This document shows positions 1 through 10,751 of a stretch of 37,703 bases of DNA, in pieces. Made by a program: the position numbers and the translations under genes. How positions within the stretch are numbered: the first letter of the stretch is position 1; each line of letters begins with the position of its first letter. The stretch lies in sequence record SRR20825019_2184, one strand, 5' to 3'. The notes below the pieces were generated by a model that saw only the letters and a list, made by a program, of their open reading frames with translations, did no database searches and had not been told where the DNA came from.

Positions 1-236
1 ATCGAAGCCGTCATCCCGGGGAGATGCGCCGCTCCACCCGCTCCGGCGATGATCACCTTCAATCCGCGCTTCGCCGCATTACTCGCATAAGTAACCATCA
101 GTTTCGGCGTGCGGTGAGCACTCACGACTTTCTTTTCGTAGGGCACCCCTAATTGATCCAACGCCGCCGCCGCGTGTTGCATCGTCTCCCAATCGGAAGT
201 GCTTCCCATAATGATACCGACCACTGGTTTTGCCAT
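1..236 (-). CDS. purE: N5-carboxyaminoimidazole ribonucleotide mutase PurE (5' part; runs off the window start)
   Basis: Not in the ORF track. Manual translation of the minus strand from ATG 236 gives [47 protein letters not shown]...[18 protein letters not shown], with the IIMGSxSD, SAHRTP and [11 protein letters not shown] PurE signatures. An alternative in-frame ATG lies at 248. Confidence 0.97.
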   Translation of the reverse strand, partial: MAKPVVGIIMGSTSDWETMQHAAAALDQLGVPYEKKVVSAHRTPKLMVTYASNAAKRGLKVIIAGAGGAAHLPGMTAS

Positions 237-289
237 GAGTCGCATCATTGCTCCAGACACGCTGCTGTCAGCATCGAAAATCGATCCGC

Positions 290-499
290 TCAGATCGGAC
301 GATATCCCAACAATCGCGATGGGAGTAACAACAAGGTGCGCAGCAGAATGAATCCCGCCGACACCACAATCCCCAGTAACCGGAACGGCAGCGCCACCAA
401 CCAGACCAACGGCATCAAAATGAGGGTGAGCAATGCGAGCGGCCAACACAGCAGGACCAGCCCACACCACATCATAAAGAGGATCATCGTATTCATCAT
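290..499 (-). CDS. small hydrophobic membrane protein (69 aa)
   Basis: Almost entirely hydrophobic, Leu/Pro-rich. It starts 8 nt after the RDD-gene stop on the same strand. Confidence 0.7.
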   Translation of the reverse strand: MMNTMILFMMWCGLVLLCWPLALLTLILMPLVWLVALPFRLLGIVVSAGFILLRTLLLLPSRLLGYRPI

Positions 500-507
500 C
501 GTAATTC

Positions 508-2298
508 CTAGATCAGTGAAACGCCTTTCGGCACACGCACCACCACCGTGCCCGCAATTTTATCGTGCCAGGATTGTTTCTGTTCATCGAAGGCCACCCA
601 AATAAAGCCGAGTCCCAAGACGACGAACGACAGAAATCCGCCCAACACCCGCACGATCGCGATCGACCAGTCCATCGGGCGTTCGTCCAAACGCACCACT
701 TTCAAGCCGCAGACAATCCCCCCGATGGTCGTGCCCTTGAGCGACCAGAGCACCAGGCAATAGCCCGCGAATAGCAGCATAAACCAGGCGGACAAAAAGA
801 GCAGGCTGGCCACTACACCCACGATTACCGTATCGAGCAACGAAGCCACCAGTCGCAACCAAAAGCCCGCACGAGGCAGTGACGAGATTGGCAACTCCGG
901 TGCGTCCGCCGTGCCCTCACCTTCGGTATTCCGCACCGGACTCGCCGCTGTAACCGACGACGGTGCAACCGGAGGTGGAACGACCGGTCTATTTTTTCGA
1001 ATTTCTAAAATCAACGTGTAGAGCACCACACCCCAGCCAATCATTCCAAATACCTTCCAAACAAAGAATCCGAGGAACGGAATGGTATAGAGCAGTAGGA
1101 TCAAGGCCCCACCAACGACAGCCGCCGAGGCGGCATGATTGAGCGCCCCCCGACCAAAAATCCGCGTGAACTTACGTCCCAGCCAAACATGCATGACGAC
1201 CTCGCCGAAGACACCCCCAAAGAAGACCCCCATTAAAACAAACGGCACCAAAAGTGCCCCGATACCCGTCGCCACCAGCAAAACGATCAACACCGGCATC
1301 ATCAAAGTGGCCAACAACATCGCGAGCAAAGAATACCCCGGACGCTCATTCAGCGTCTCCACACAGCGATCTGCCGCTCGCGGGAAGATCAACGCAATCA
1401 GCACATATAGCAGGAACACGACAATGGCGATAGACCATGCCCAATGAAGTTCACTGTTAAATGCCAGGGGGCGCCCCCAGAGCAGGCACTCGTGAATCCA
1501 TAACCGCAGCGAGCTCAGATCAAACCCATCGCCAAGGAAGTGAAGTTCCTGCACACCGCCATGCACCACCGCGCCGGGATCGCGAAGCAGCTGCCCACCA
1601 ATCGCCACGACTTCGCCATGCACCACCGCATGGGGTCCCAGGGTCACACTGCCAAGAATCGCCACCACTTCACCTCCTACTTCGCCATCGATATATGCAT
1701 CACCCAATATGGCGACGCCTTCGCCACCCACTACCGCGTGAGCACCCACGGTCAAATCTCCCAAAATCGCCACCGCTTCACCACCGGCGGCACCGGTGAT
1801 CGTCGTGTCTCCCACGATTGAAACCACCCCTCCCCGGCTTTCACCGGCCAAGACAGATGATCCAAAAAACGAAACCATCTCTCTAACCGAATTCCCTTCC
1901 GGCACCGTGTGACTGCCGATCGGCATCGTATCACGATGCGTAATTTTCTCGGACGCCTCCGCGCCGATCTCACGCTCAACATCATCCCCCTCCGTATCAG
2001 TCTCGGGATGGTCGATCTCGACGGTAACCGTAAGCTTCGCGTCTTCGGTTTCATTCGCAACCTCCTCGGTAGCCTCAACGTTATCGAGACGACGCATTTC
2101 GGTGGCGCTGGATTCCGATTCGGGAGCTGACTCCACTTCAGGTGAGACTGCCTCAGAAATGGCATTGTCGGTCGCCACTTCCGTGCCTCCAGCCGGAGTC
2201 GGCGAAGTGGGTTGAGCGCGGGCGACGACTGCCAGCGCAAATGCCACGCTGAAGGCAATCATCACGCTGACGAATAAGTTTTGAGAACGCGTTTGCAT
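508..2298 (-). CDS. membrane protein: signal/TM + acidic linker + ~17-aa repeat beta-helix (bactofilin/polymer-forming-like) + multi-TM region + C-terminal RDD domain
   Basis: C-terminal [14 protein letters not shown]...[12 protein letters not shown]...[13 protein letters not shown] is the RDD pattern. Repeats are [30 protein letters not shown]. Start moved to ATG 2298 (MQTRSQ...) because the track start at 2400 overlaps the upstream gene. Confidence 0.85.
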   Translation of the reverse strand: MQTRSQNLFVSVMIAFSVAFALAVVARAQPTSPTPAGGTEVATDNAISEAVSPEVESAPESESSATEMRRLDNVEATEEVANETEDAKLTVTVEIDHPETDTEGDDVEREIGAEASEKITHRDTMPIGSHTVPEGNSVREMVSFFGSSVLAGESRGGVVSIVGDTTITGAAGGEAVAILGDLTVGAHAVVGGEGVAILGDAYIDGEVGGEVVAILGSVTLGPHAVVHGEVVAIGGQLLRDPGAVVHGGVQELHFLGDGFDLSSLRLWIHECLLWGRPLAFNSELHWAWSIAIVVFLLYVLIALIFPRAADRCVETLNERPGYSLLAMLLATLMMPVLIVLLVATGIGALLVPFVLMGVFFGGVFGEVVMHVWLGRKFTRIFGRGALNHAASAAVVGGALILLLYTIPFLGFFVWKVFGMIGWGVVLYTLILEIRKNRPVVPPPVAPSSVTAASPVRNTEGEGTADAPELPISSLPRAGFWLRLVASLLDTVIVGVVASLLFLSAWFMLLFAGYCLVLWSLKGTTIGGIVCGLKVVRLDERPMDWSIAIVRVLGGFLSFVVLGLGFIWVAFDEQKQSWHDKIAGTVVVRVPKGVSLI

Positions 2299-2311
2299 GA
2301 TAGATAAAAAA

Positions 2312-2767
2312 TTAACGTTGAGAAAACAGAGTGCGGTAAGCCGTCGCACCCAGGCCGATAAGCACGACATACATCGCCGCAACAAAGGCAGCGGCACCAT
2401 AGAGCCAGTTCGCAGGAACCGCCCGAAAGATCATCAAACCGACGGTCTGCAGGCCGCCGACAAACCCTTTGATTTTGGAAAGGATCATCTCAGGGCCGGA
2501 TAGGGCTGATGAGGCATCGAGTTGCCCACCCCATTGAATAATCGTCGCGATCAGGGTCGCGGCGAGAATCCCGGTGAGAATGAGAAAGACAGCCCGGGCA
2601 GCCATCGGCCAATGGGCGAACGATTGACGATACCAGGGTAATGTTTGTTGCGCATGGATCGCCGCCCAGACATTTGCTTCGAGCGATTGGGGCGCGCGAC
2701 GTTCCGGCAGGGAGCGCAGACTGTCGTGGATGAGTTTTTCGAGTTCCTCGGGAGTGGGTTTCGACAT
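2312..2767 (-). CDS. putative membrane-bound anti-sigma factor
   Basis: Starts 4 nt after the ECF sigma stop. N-terminal LEKLIHDSLRSLPERRAPQSLEANVWAAI resembles a short anti-sigma domain and is followed by two hydrophobic helices. Confidence 0.7.
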   Translation of the reverse strand: MSKPTPEELEKLIHDSLRSLPERRAPQSLEANVWAAIHAQQTLPWYRQSFAHWPMAARAVFLILTGILAATLIATIIQWGGQLDASSALSGPEMILSKIKGFVGGLQTVGLMIFRAVPANWLYGAAAFVAAMYVVLIGLGATAYRTLFSQR

Positions 2768-2771
2768 GATC

Positions 2772-3374
2772 TTAAAGGCTAAATTTTTCGTGGGTCGCGC
2801 CGCTGCGCATCAGCACTTGGGCCAAGGCAGCACGGGCGCGTAAAATATCGGTTTTAACTTTGCTTAGTGAGACGCGGAGTTTTTTCGCAATCTCATCATA
2901 GGGCATATCTTCAAAATGGTAGAGCACGAGTGGCACGCGCTGATGGTCGGGGAGTTGCTCCAAGGCCTTCGCGAGCCATGCCTTGCGTTCCTCGCTATCA
3001 ATATCGCCTAAAAAATGTTCCTGATCGGCAAACTCGATCTCGGTTTCGGTCGAATCGGCGCTCCCGGCATCGTGGCGTTTGAATTCGGAAAAAAAGCGCC
3101 AGCGATTCCGATAACGCGTGAGATGGTTGAGCGAGAGATTCGTTGCCACCGTCTTCAACCATCCGCCCGCCTTCGGACTGGTTTCCAATTGGTCATAGTG
3201 TTGATACGCTTTGAGAAAGACTTCTTGGGAAATATCCTGTGCCTGCGCCTCGTTGCCAACGAGACGGACCGCGGTTGAGAAGACCATATCTTGGTAATTG
3301 CGCATGAACGTCGTAAAATCGATCGGGGTGATCATTCCCTCTGGGTGGGTTCGCACTGGAGTTTCATCTTTCAT
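2772..3374 (-). CDS. ECF (sigma-70 family) RNA polymerase sigma factor
   Basis: Region 2 AQDISQEVFLKAY...GWLKTVATNLSLNHL and region 4 LEQLPDHQRVPLVLYHFEDMPYDEIAKKLRVSLSKVKTDILRAR. Start uncertain (ATG 3398, 3374 or 3335). Confidence 0.95.
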   Translation of the reverse strand: MKDETPVRTHPEGMITPIDFTTFMRNYQDMVFSTAVRLVGNEAQAQDISQEVFLKAYQHYDQLETSPKAGGWLKTVATNLSLNHLTRYRNRWRFFSEFKRHDAGSADSTETEIEFADQEHFLGDIDSEERKAWLAKALEQLPDHQRVPLVLYHFEDMPYDEIAKKLRVSLSKVKTDILRARAALAQVLMRSGATHEKFSL

Positions 3375-3380
3375 ACCCAG

Positions 3381-3406
3381 AACACGGCTTCGGCGCATAA
3401 GTCGCA
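3381..3406 (-). promoter_or_regulatory. candidate ECF-type autoregulatory promoter (TGCGAC-N15-GTGTT)
   Basis: Minus strand reads TGCGAC TTATGCGCCGAAGCC GTGTT CTGGGT ATG, immediately upstream of ATG 3374. ECF genes are often autoregulated. Pattern match only. Confidence 0.3.
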
Positions 3407-3597
3407 GAATTTTTCATGGCAGGCCCCCTCAGACTAGCCAAGCCAAGACTATTCTCTCCAACGAGACTCCCCCCTTTGGGTCAATTTGCCCTTATTCGAA
3501 GAAAAATCATCGCGATTCACGTGCAAAATAGTCCTGGGGACACGACGATATAGGACCATTTTCACAGAGCTCCTGTCTCAATGGATTTCCCTCATAT

Positions 3598-6500
3598 ATG
3601 TCACATTTCCTTCCCTCCGACCCCGATCTCGAATCCTCTATCCGCACTATCGGCAATCGCCTTTTGACCCTGATGGACGACCAGCCCGCCCCGGCTCTGT
3701 TTTCCAAAAAGGGAGCTTATGCCCGCCTGATGGATTGGTCGATGAAGGATCCGATGTTCAAGACCCAGCTCTTTCGCTTCGTCGATGTGCTCCCCACTCT
3801 CAACTCTTCAGCGGAGATCGTCCGGCACTTGCAGGAGTATCTGGGCGACCAGGCCGTCGCCCTGCATCCCGCCCTCAAAGCCGGGTTGTCAGCATCCTCC
3901 TACGCACCGGGTATTGTGGCCAAACCCGTCAAGGCCCAGATCATCGATATGGCCGGTCAGTTTGTGGCTGGTGAAGACGGCTCCGATCTCATCAAACAAA
4001 TCAAACGTAATGCCCGTTTGGGGATCGCCACGACCATCGATCTGCTGGGCGAGACCGTCGTCAGTTCCGCCGAGGCGGATATCTTTTTACAACGCAATCT
4101 GGAAATCCTCGATGCGGTTTCGCATCACTTCGAACACGAACCCGAGCCGTGTTTCAGCGATATGGGACCCGCCGGAAGGCTCCCCCGCTTAAATCTCTCC
4201 GTCAAAATCTCCGCGCTCACGCCCGAGGTGCATCCGGCCGATCCCGAAAACACCATCAAGGCTCTCAAGGAAAGACTGCGCCCCATTCTGCGCCGCGCGA
4301 TCGCCGCCGAGGCCCTCATCAACTTCGACATGGAGGGCTACCATCTGAAAGAGCTCACCCTCCGGCTCTTCAAATCGATTTTCGAGGAACCGGAATTCCA
4401 ACAGCGGCCGGCCATCGGTATCGCGCTGCAGGCCTACTTGAAAGATTGCGAAACCGATCTGCGCAATCTCATCCAATGGGCCCGGCAACACAATCGTCCT
4501 CTCAGCATCCGACTCGTCAAAGGTGCCTACTGGGATTATGAAACCATCTTCGCCCAGCAACGCAACTGGCCCGTTCCCGTCTGGCAGCAGAAAGCGGAAT
4601 CCGACGCCAATTTCGAAAAACTCACCCTGCTGCTGTTCGAAAACATCGACATTGTTACGCCCAATTTTGGTTCACACAACGTGCGTTCCTGCGCCCATGC
4701 CATTGCCCGCTCCCAAGAACTCGGGATCGATTCACGCGCCTTCGAGTTTCAAGCGCTCTACGGCATGGCCGACGAACTGAAACTCTCACTGCTCAAGATG
4801 GGCTATCGTGTGCGCGAATACTGCGCCATCGGCGAACTCCTCCCCGGCATGGCCTACCTGGTGCGCCGCCTGCTCGAAAATACCTCCAACGAAGGATTCA
4901 TTCAAATCAAAGGAGCCGGACAAACCTCCCGCGATACTCTCCTCGCCAATCCCACCTCTCAATTGAAGGCGGTCAACGCCGACGACGTTGCCAAATCGGA
5001 AAAAACACTTCCGAACGAGCAGGTCTCTCTGCTTTTTCAAAACGCCGCCAACACCGATTTCACCCGTTCAGAACAGCGCGCTCGGCAGCGGGCCGCCCTG
5101 CAAGAGATTACGGAAGATCCCTCCGAAAAAAAATCCGGGGCCATCCGCCTTGGTCGACGTTACCCGCTCGTCGTTAACGGACGTAAAATCGCCGATCGTG
5201 AATACATCGATTCGGTCAATCCAGCACGCCCCTCCCAAATCGTCGGCTCGTGGGCTCGCGCCACCATCGACGATGCTCAGGGAGCCATCACTGCGGCGCG
5301 ATCCGCTTTCCCCGAATGGCGCGCCACCACCGTGGAACATCGCGCCGCCTTGCTCGAACGCGTGGCCGGCATCATCGAGTCACGACGTTTCGAACTCAAC
5401 GCACTGGAGGTATTCGAAGCTGGCAAGCCCTGGGTCGAAGCTGATGGCGATATTTCCGAAGCCATCGATTTCTGTCGCTACTACGCAGGAGAAATGCGGC
5501 GGATGGATCGCCCCACGGTCACACAACAGGTGCCCGGCGAACAATGTCTGCAATCATGGACCCCTCGCGGCGTCGGTGTCATCATTGCCCCGTGGAATTT
5601 CCCTCTCGCCATCCTCTGTGGCCTCACGGCCGCACCACTTGTCGCCGGCAATTGCGTGATCATCAAACCCGCTGAACAAACTTCGGTGATCGCAGGCGTC
5701 TTCATGGATATCCTGATGGAAGCCGAACTCCCCGCCGGCGTCGCCAATCTCCTCTCCGGTTATGGTGAAGACGTCGGGGCCACTCTGGTTCACAATACGG
5801 ATATCGATTTCGTGGCCTTCACGGGCTCACGCGAAGTGGGTCTAAAAATCTGGGAGGAAGCGGGTCACACCCAGCCCGGGCAGCAAAATATCAAACATGT
5901 GGTCTGCGAAATGGGCGGCAAAAATGCCCTCGTAATCGACAATGACGCGGATCTCGATGAAGCCATCCCGGCCGCGCTTTACAGTGCGTTCGGTTTCAGT
6001 GGACAAAAGTGTTCCGCTCTCTCCCGACTGATCGTGCTGGATGAGGTCTACGATCATTTCGTTGAACGCTTTATTGCCGCCTGCGAAGCACTGCACATCG
6101 GCGACCCCGCCCATCCCGGCACGATCGTCGGCCCCGTGATTGATGCGGAAGCCCAGGGGAAAATCCTCGATCTTATTCTGGCTGGTTCCAAGGAATCCAA
6201 ACTCGCCTGGCAGGGCCAGGCTCCCACGGAAGGTTTCTTTGTTCCACCGACTGTGTTTACCGAGGTGGCACCCGATCACATCATCGCGCAGGAGGAAATT
6301 TTCGGGCCGGTCGTCGGCATCCTTCGTGCCAAGGATCTCAGCACGGCCTTCCAACTGGTCAACAACACCGACTATGCTTTGACTGGCGGCCTTTTCTCCC
6401 GCAGTCCCACCGCATTGGAACGCGCCAAAAAGGAACTGCTCGTCGGAAATCTTTATCTCAATCGTTCCATCACCGGTGCCATCGTGGAACGCCACCCCTT

Positions 6501-6630
6501 TGGCGGATTTAAGATGTCCGGTGGCGGTATCAAGGCCGGCGGCAAAGACTATCTGAAAAACTTCCTCTTCCCCCGCGTCACCATCGAAAACGTCATGCGC
6601 CGTGGATTCACGCCTCCCGATGAGGATTAA
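3598..6630 (+). CDS. putA: bifunctional proline dehydrogenase / L-glutamate gamma-semialdehyde (P5C) dehydrogenase PutA (no N-terminal DNA-binding domain)
   Basis: PRODH motifs LFRFVDVLP, SVKIS, FDME, RLVKGAYWD, SHN, FQALYGM, YLVRRLLEN. ALDH motifs IAPWNFP, FTGSREVG, EMGGKN, GQKCSA, EEIFGP, PFGGFKMSG. Confidence 0.97.
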   Translation: MSHFLPSDPDLESSIRTIGNRLLTLMDDQPAPALFSKKGAYARLMDWSMKDPMFKTQLFRFVDVLPTLNSSAEIVRHLQEYLGDQAVALHPALKAGLSASSYAPGIVAKPVKAQIIDMAGQFVAGEDGSDLIKQIKRNARLGIATTIDLLGETVVSSAEADIFLQRNLEILDAVSHHFEHEPEPCFSDMGPAGRLPRLNLSVKISALTPEVHPADPENTIKALKERLRPILRRAIAAEALINFDMEGYHLKELTLRLFKSIFEEPEFQQRPAIGIALQAYLKDCETDLRNLIQWARQHNRPLSIRLVKGAYWDYETIFAQQRNWPVPVWQQKAESDANFEKLTLLLFENIDIVTPNFGSHNVRSCAHAIARSQELGIDSRAFEFQALYGMADELKLSLLKMGYRVREYCAIGELLPGMAYLVRRLLENTSNEGFIQIKGAGQTSRDTLLANPTSQLKAVNADDVAKSEKTLPNEQVSLLFQNAANTDFTRSEQRARQRAALQEITEDPSEKKSGAIRLGRRYPLVVNGRKIADREYIDSVNPARPSQIVGSWARATIDDAQGAITAARSAFPEWRATTVEHRAALLERVAGIIESRRFELNALEVFEAGKPWVEADGDISEAIDFCRYYAGEMRRMDRPTVTQQVPGEQCLQSWTPRGVGVIIAPWNFPLAILCGLTAAPLVAGNCVIIKPAEQTSVIAGVFMDILMEAELPAGVANLLSGYGEDVGATLVHNTDIDFVAFTGSREVGLKIWEEAGHTQPGQQNIKHVVCEMGGKNALVIDNDADLDEAIPAALYSAFGFSGQKCSALSRLIVLDEVYDHFVERFIAACEALHIGDPAHPGTIVGPVIDAEAQGKILDLILAGSKESKLAWQGQAPTEGFFVPPTVFTEVAPDHIIAQEEIFGPVVGILRAKDLSTAFQLVNNTDYALTGGLFSRSPTALERAKKELLVGNLYLNRSITGAIVERHPFGGFKMSGGGIKAGGKDYLKNFLFPRVTIENVMRRGFTPPDED

Positions 6631-6768
6631 GCAACCCGTGCAGGCCGTCTCTAAACGCTAAAACGGAGGCCCATCCGGGACGACCGACCCGCAGTCATCC
6701 GCCCACTCCCGAAAGCTCCGACCTGATTTGTTTGCAACTAAACGGAATTCCTCGGTGTCTTGCTTCCC

Positions 6769-7269
6769 GTGGATTACCTAATATGGAGTATTGCCGGTTT
6801 CCTGATGTTCGTCGGGGTTGTCGGCACCATCGTGCCGTTGCTGCCCGGCACGACGTTTGTGCTTCTCGGAGTGATCCTTTCCAAATTCTTCATCCCTGAA
6901 TCCATCAGCTGGGCGATTGTGGGTTGGATCACGCTTTTTTGGTTCCTGTCCGTCCTCGCTGATTTCGCGGGCATCATCATTGGCTCACGTGTCTTTGGCG
7001 GATCCAAATGGGGAATGACCGGAGCGAGCGGCGGCGCCTTTGTCGGTATGTTCATCTCACTCCCCGCCCTTCTCCTCGGCACCTTTCTCGGGGCTGTCGC
7101 GGCGGAAAAATTCGGCGCGAAGAAGACTGATCAAGAATCCCTTCGCTCCGGAATCGGCGCGACTGCGGGCTTTTTACTTTCGACCGTTGTAAGATTCGGA
7201 TGCGCACTCGCGATGGTCGCACTGTTTCTTCTCGCCGTGCTCAGCTGGGCGAGCCTGCCCGCGGTTTAG
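6769..7269 (+). CDS. DUF456 (YqgC-like) membrane protein
   Basis: GVVGTIVPLLPG, ADF, FGGSKWG...GAFVG and the multi-TM Gly-rich pattern match the family. GTG 6769 chosen over TTG 6760. Confidence 0.8.
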   Translation: MDYLIWSIAGFLMFVGVVGTIVPLLPGTTFVLLGVILSKFFIPESISWAIVGWITLFWFLSVLADFAGIIIGSRVFGGSKWGMTGASGGAFVGMFISLPALLLGTFLGAVAAEKFGAKKTDQESLRSGIGATAGFLLSTVVRFGCALAMVALFLLAVLSWASLPAV

Positions 7270-7300
7270 TTCGGGTGGCGACGTTTGCGCAATACCCGAA
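7270..7300. terminator. possible hairpin between convergent genes
   Basis: TTCGGGT...ACCCGAA inverted repeat with an inner GCG/CGC pair, immediately after the DUF456 stop. No clear U-tract. Confidence 0.3.
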
Positions 7301-7348
7301 GTCAGGGTTGGACGAAGCCCTTGCACCGGCATTCAACTGCAAAGCTCA

Positions 7349-8878
7349 TTAAGTTCGATCAGGAAGCACCAGATAGCGATTAAGCAAAGCGTAGTTCAGC
7401 TCCAAGGTCAGTGGATTAAGCCCGGGCAACAGCCTTTCGATGTGCCTAGCCGTGCTTTTACCCATAAAAAAGGCTTCCAGTTTGGTCAGCCCCAAGGGAA
7501 CTGTCGAAAATGTATCGGTAATCATCTTTCGCGCTTTCTCCATCTGAGCCTCGTCTTCCGCCACTCCCGCTGCGCAGAACACGGCAATGATAGCTTCCAA
7601 ACGCTCCTCTGCCGGTTCGAGGGGCAGTCGTCCAAGTGCATCTCCTAACATTCTCAGCAATTCTCGATCGGGATACTCCACCAAGTGCACGGCCATCAGA
7701 ATGATTTCCGCAGTGCTCACCCGGCGTTCGATCGCAAGGAGCGCCGCAAACTCACGGTGCAAACGAGCCCGATCCCCCATCGCTGCATACGCCGCAAAAA
7801 CCAGACGTGCAAAATCGCGGCCGGTCATCTCACTCCGCACAATCTGCAAGAGCGCCAACGCCTCACGGGGGTAACCCAACTGAATCAACGATTCCACCCG
7901 ATAGGCTTTTTCATAAGGAAATCCCTTCTCCATTGGTGTCTTCAGGAGCAGACGCGCCGCATCTTCATTCGAAAGCTGGCGCATCTGAATCGTCATATTG
8001 ACGACCTCGCGCGCTGGGGCCGGCACCGTTTCCGTGGATCGAATTCGCTCCAACAGGGAATCATCGGGCAGGTAACGCGTGGAAAATATGACGGCATGCG
8101 TCCAAGCCGAGGTTTGGGCGGTTTCGCTTGAGAGCTGACGTTGGGCCAATTGAGCAATTTCACCCATCTGTCCTCTGGATAACAAACTCTCAAACCACAC
8201 GCGGGCGGTTTCGCTGCGACGCTCCGGATGCTCGCGCATCATCGCCCGATAAAGATTATCCGCTTGGGCGGGACTGCCAGCTTGAAAGAACCGCGCCAAC
8301 ATCATGGCCACCTGATAATGTTCAGGATTGAGATTGTAGGCCATCGTCAGTGATTGAATCGCCTCACGCACTTCCCCATCCGCGTAGTGTTGCCTCGCCT
8401 GCGCGATGAACAATTCCGCCTGCACTTCATGCAATTCACCCCAGGCGGGAGGCCAGATGATTTGCCGGAAGGAAACCTCATAACCGATCAGGCGCATTCC
8501 CCCATAAACCAACCCTGCCACCAGCAGAATGTTGGCAGCCGAAATCGAACCAACATACTTGAACACACGTCCCCAAAATGGGCGCACCTCATCTGCCGAA
8601 ACGCTGCAAACCCACAATCCATCCTCGCTCTTGGTCAACAAAGGGCACACGCGTTTGAATCGTTCCGGACGATCCCACTGCGCGATCACTTCACAGCCTG
8701 TTTCCATCGCCTGTCCCGAATCACTCGGATTGTGACAAGGGCAACTGCCCTGTCGCCGTCGGGCCACGTAAAGCGTCTTGCGCGCGTTCCAAAAGAACAT
8801 CGCCCAAACCGTGCGAAACATATCGGATAGCCAGCCCTTCACGTCAGATATCGTAGTTCGCAGGGGCAACGGCGGCAA
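7349..8878 (-). CDS. hypothetical membrane-anchored protein: N-terminal Cys cluster, one TM helix, TPR-like helical repeats
   Basis: Long ORF 24 nt downstream of pckG on the same strand. Contains CPC...GC...VCP...VC, then a hydrophobic segment (AANILLVAGLVYGG), then TPR-like AQARQHYADGEVREAIQSLTMAYNLNP. The true start may be 8842 or 8821. Confidence 0.75.
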   Translation of the reverse strand: MPPLPLRTTISDVKGWLSDMFRTVWAMFFWNARKTLYVARRRQGSCPCHNPSDSGQAMETGCEVIAQWDRPERFKRVCPLLTKSEDGLWVCSVSADEVRPFWGRVFKYVGSISAANILLVAGLVYGGMRLIGYEVSFRQIIWPPAWGELHEVQAELFIAQARQHYADGEVREAIQSLTMAYNLNPEHYQVAMMLARFFQAGSPAQADNLYRAMMREHPERRSETARVWFESLLSRGQMGEIAQLAQRQLSSETAQTSAWTHAVIFSTRYLPDDSLLERIRSTETVPAPAREVVNMTIQMRQLSNEDAARLLLKTPMEKGFPYEKAYRVESLIQLGYPREALALLQIVRSEMTGRDFARLVFAAYAAMGDRARLHREFAALLAIERRVSTAEIILMAVHLVEYPDRELLRMLGDALGRLPLEPAEERLEAIIAVFCAAGVAEDEAQMEKARKMITDTFSTVPLGLTKLEAFFMGKSTARHIERLLPGLNPLTLELNYALLNRYLVLPDRT

Positions 8879-8902
8879 GCCTCCGCTGCAAGCAATCCAA
8901 AT

Positions 8903-10717
8903 TTACATGCGGCAAATCAGCAGTTCCCGTTCATAGACCATCTCCTTGGGTAAGTGATCATGCAGATCGAGAAATAATTCTTCATGGCTGATCACTTCGC
9001 GTCGCCATGCCTCGCGATCAAAAGCCTGCAGTTCATCAAAACTCGCACGATCAAAGTCGCTCTCCGACCAATCGATATCCTCATAACGCGGCATCCACCC
9101 GATCGGCGTTTCCCGGCCGAGGGCGCGACCGCGCGAACGACTCACGATCCAGCGCAACACGCGCATGTTTTCGCTGAATCCCGGCCACATAAAATTACCC
9201 TCCGCATCCTTCCGGAACCAATTTACATGGAAGATGCGAGGCGTGCTCGTCAGCTTCTTTTGCATGACGATCCAGTGGCGGAAGTAGTCGCCCATGTGGT
9301 AACCACAGAAGGGTAACATCGCAAATGGGTCGCGCCGCACTTTCCCAATCGTGCCTGCGGCCGCCGCCGTCATTTCACTGCCGACCGTCGCGCCCATGTA
9401 AACGCCACTCGACCAGTTGAAGGCCTGATAAACCAACGGCATCGTCGTCGCCCGACGACCGCCAAAAACGATCGCGCTGATCGGCACGCCTTCCGGCTTT
9501 TCCCAATCCGGATCCATCGTTGGACATTGTGAGGCTGGCGCCGTGAAGCGAGCATTGGGATGCGCCGCCGGGCGTCCGCAGTCGGGTGTCCATTTATTGC
9601 CCTGCCAATCCATACATTCGGCCGGTGGCTCATCGGTCATCCCCTCCCACCAGACTCCGCCCTCCGGAGTCACCGCGACATTCGTGAAGATCGTATTTTT
9701 GGCGAGAGCCGCCATCGCATTGGGATTCGTTTTCACCGAAGTGCCCGGCGCGACCCCGAAGAATCCCGCCTCGGGATTAATCGCCCGCAACTCACCGTTT
9801 TCATCAGGTTTGATCCACGCAATATCGTCACCCACTGTCCAAACCTTCCAACCTGCATCGGTGAAATGTTTCGGCGGCACGAGCATGGCAAAATTCGTTT
9901 TGCCACAGGCACTCGGAAACGCCGCCGCCACGTAGGTTTTCTCGCCATCGGGATTTTCGAGCCCGAGAATCAGCATGTGCTCGGCCATCCAACCCTCGTC
10001 GCGCGCCATGTTGGACGCGATCCGCAGAGCGAAACATTTTTTCCCAAGTAACGCATTACCTCCGTATCCCGATCCATAGCTCCAGATCTCGCGAGTCTCC
10101 GGGAAATGCACGATGTATTTGTCTTCGTTGCACGGCCAAGGCACATCCGCCTGTCCTTCACTCAAAGGTGCGCCGACCGAATGCAAACAAGGCACCACGC
10201 GTTTCTCAGCTTTGTCGATTTCCGCGATCACGGGCAGACCGATTCGTGCCATCGTTCGCATGTTCACGACCACGTAGGGAGAGTCCGTTAGCTGCACACC
10301 GATTTGCGACATCGGCGAACCAACCGGCCCCATACTAAACGCCAGCACATACATCGTGCGACCTTTCATACTACCGGAAAACAAACCGCGTAGTTTTTTG
10401 CGCATCTCGTAAGGATTCACCCAATTATTTGTGGGGCCCGCCCCCGCTTCGGAATGGGAACAAATAAAGGTGCGATCTTCCACCCGCGCCACATCGCTCG
10501 CATCGCTCCTGGCATGATAACATCCGGGCCAGAGATCTTCGTTAAGCTTCTCGAATGTGCCCGCCTCGACCATTTCCACACAGAGCGTTTCATACTCTTC
10601 CGAAGAACCGTCGACCCAGTGAATTTTTTCCGGCTGGCAGAGATCTACCATTTTTTTCACCCACCGAAGGAGGTGAACATTTGCGCTGAGGGGTTCCGAG
10701 GTATCACGCGTGTCCAT
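8903..10717 (-). CDS. pckG: phosphoenolpyruvate carboxykinase (GTP)
   Basis: [92 protein letters not shown]. Confidence 0.98.
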   Translation of the reverse strand: MDTRDTSEPLSANVHLLRWVKKMVDLCQPEKIHWVDGSSEEYETLCVEMVEAGTFEKLNEDLWPGCYHARSDASDVARVEDRTFICSHSEAGAGPTNNWVNPYEMRKKLRGLFSGSMKGRTMYVLAFSMGPVGSPMSQIGVQLTDSPYVVVNMRTMARIGLPVIAEIDKAEKRVVPCLHSVGAPLSEGQADVPWPCNEDKYIVHFPETREIWSYGSGYGGNALLGKKCFALRIASNMARDEGWMAEHMLILGLENPDGEKTYVAAAFPSACGKTNFAMLVPPKHFTDAGWKVWTVGDDIAWIKPDENGELRAINPEAGFFGVAPGTSVKTNPNAMAALAKNTIFTNVAVTPEGGVWWEGMTDEPPAECMDWQGNKWTPDCGRPAAHPNARFTAPASQCPTMDPDWEKPEGVPISAIVFGGRRATTMPLVYQAFNWSSGVYMGATVGSEMTAAAAGTIGKVRRDPFAMLPFCGYHMGDYFRHWIVMQKKLTSTPRIFHVNWFRKDAEGNFMWPGFSENMRVLRWIVSRSRGRALGRETPIGWMPRYEDIDWSESDFDRASFDELQAFDREAWRREVISHEELFLDLHDHLPKEMVYERELLICRM

Positions 10718-10723
10718 ACTCCA

Positions 10724-10751
10724 AGCCTACCCACCAAGTGCTAAACAGCAA
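10724..10751 (-). promoter_or_regulatory. candidate sigma-70 promoter giving a leaderless pckG transcript
   Basis: Minus strand TTGCTG-N16-TAGGCT, then 6 nt to the ATG at 10717. Confidence 0.4.

Noticed and set aside
153-605. 150-aa plus-strand ORF
   Set aside because: Overlaps purE, the 69-aa gene and the RDD gene on the opposite strand. Its composition is not protein-like.
1540-1800. Repeated CACCACCGC / GCCATGCACCACCGC DNA units and a His-rich plus-strand ORF; considered as CRISPR or tandem repeat
   Set aside because: Explained by the G-E-V-V-A-I-L-G protein repeats on the minus strand. There is no constant repeat-spacer structure.
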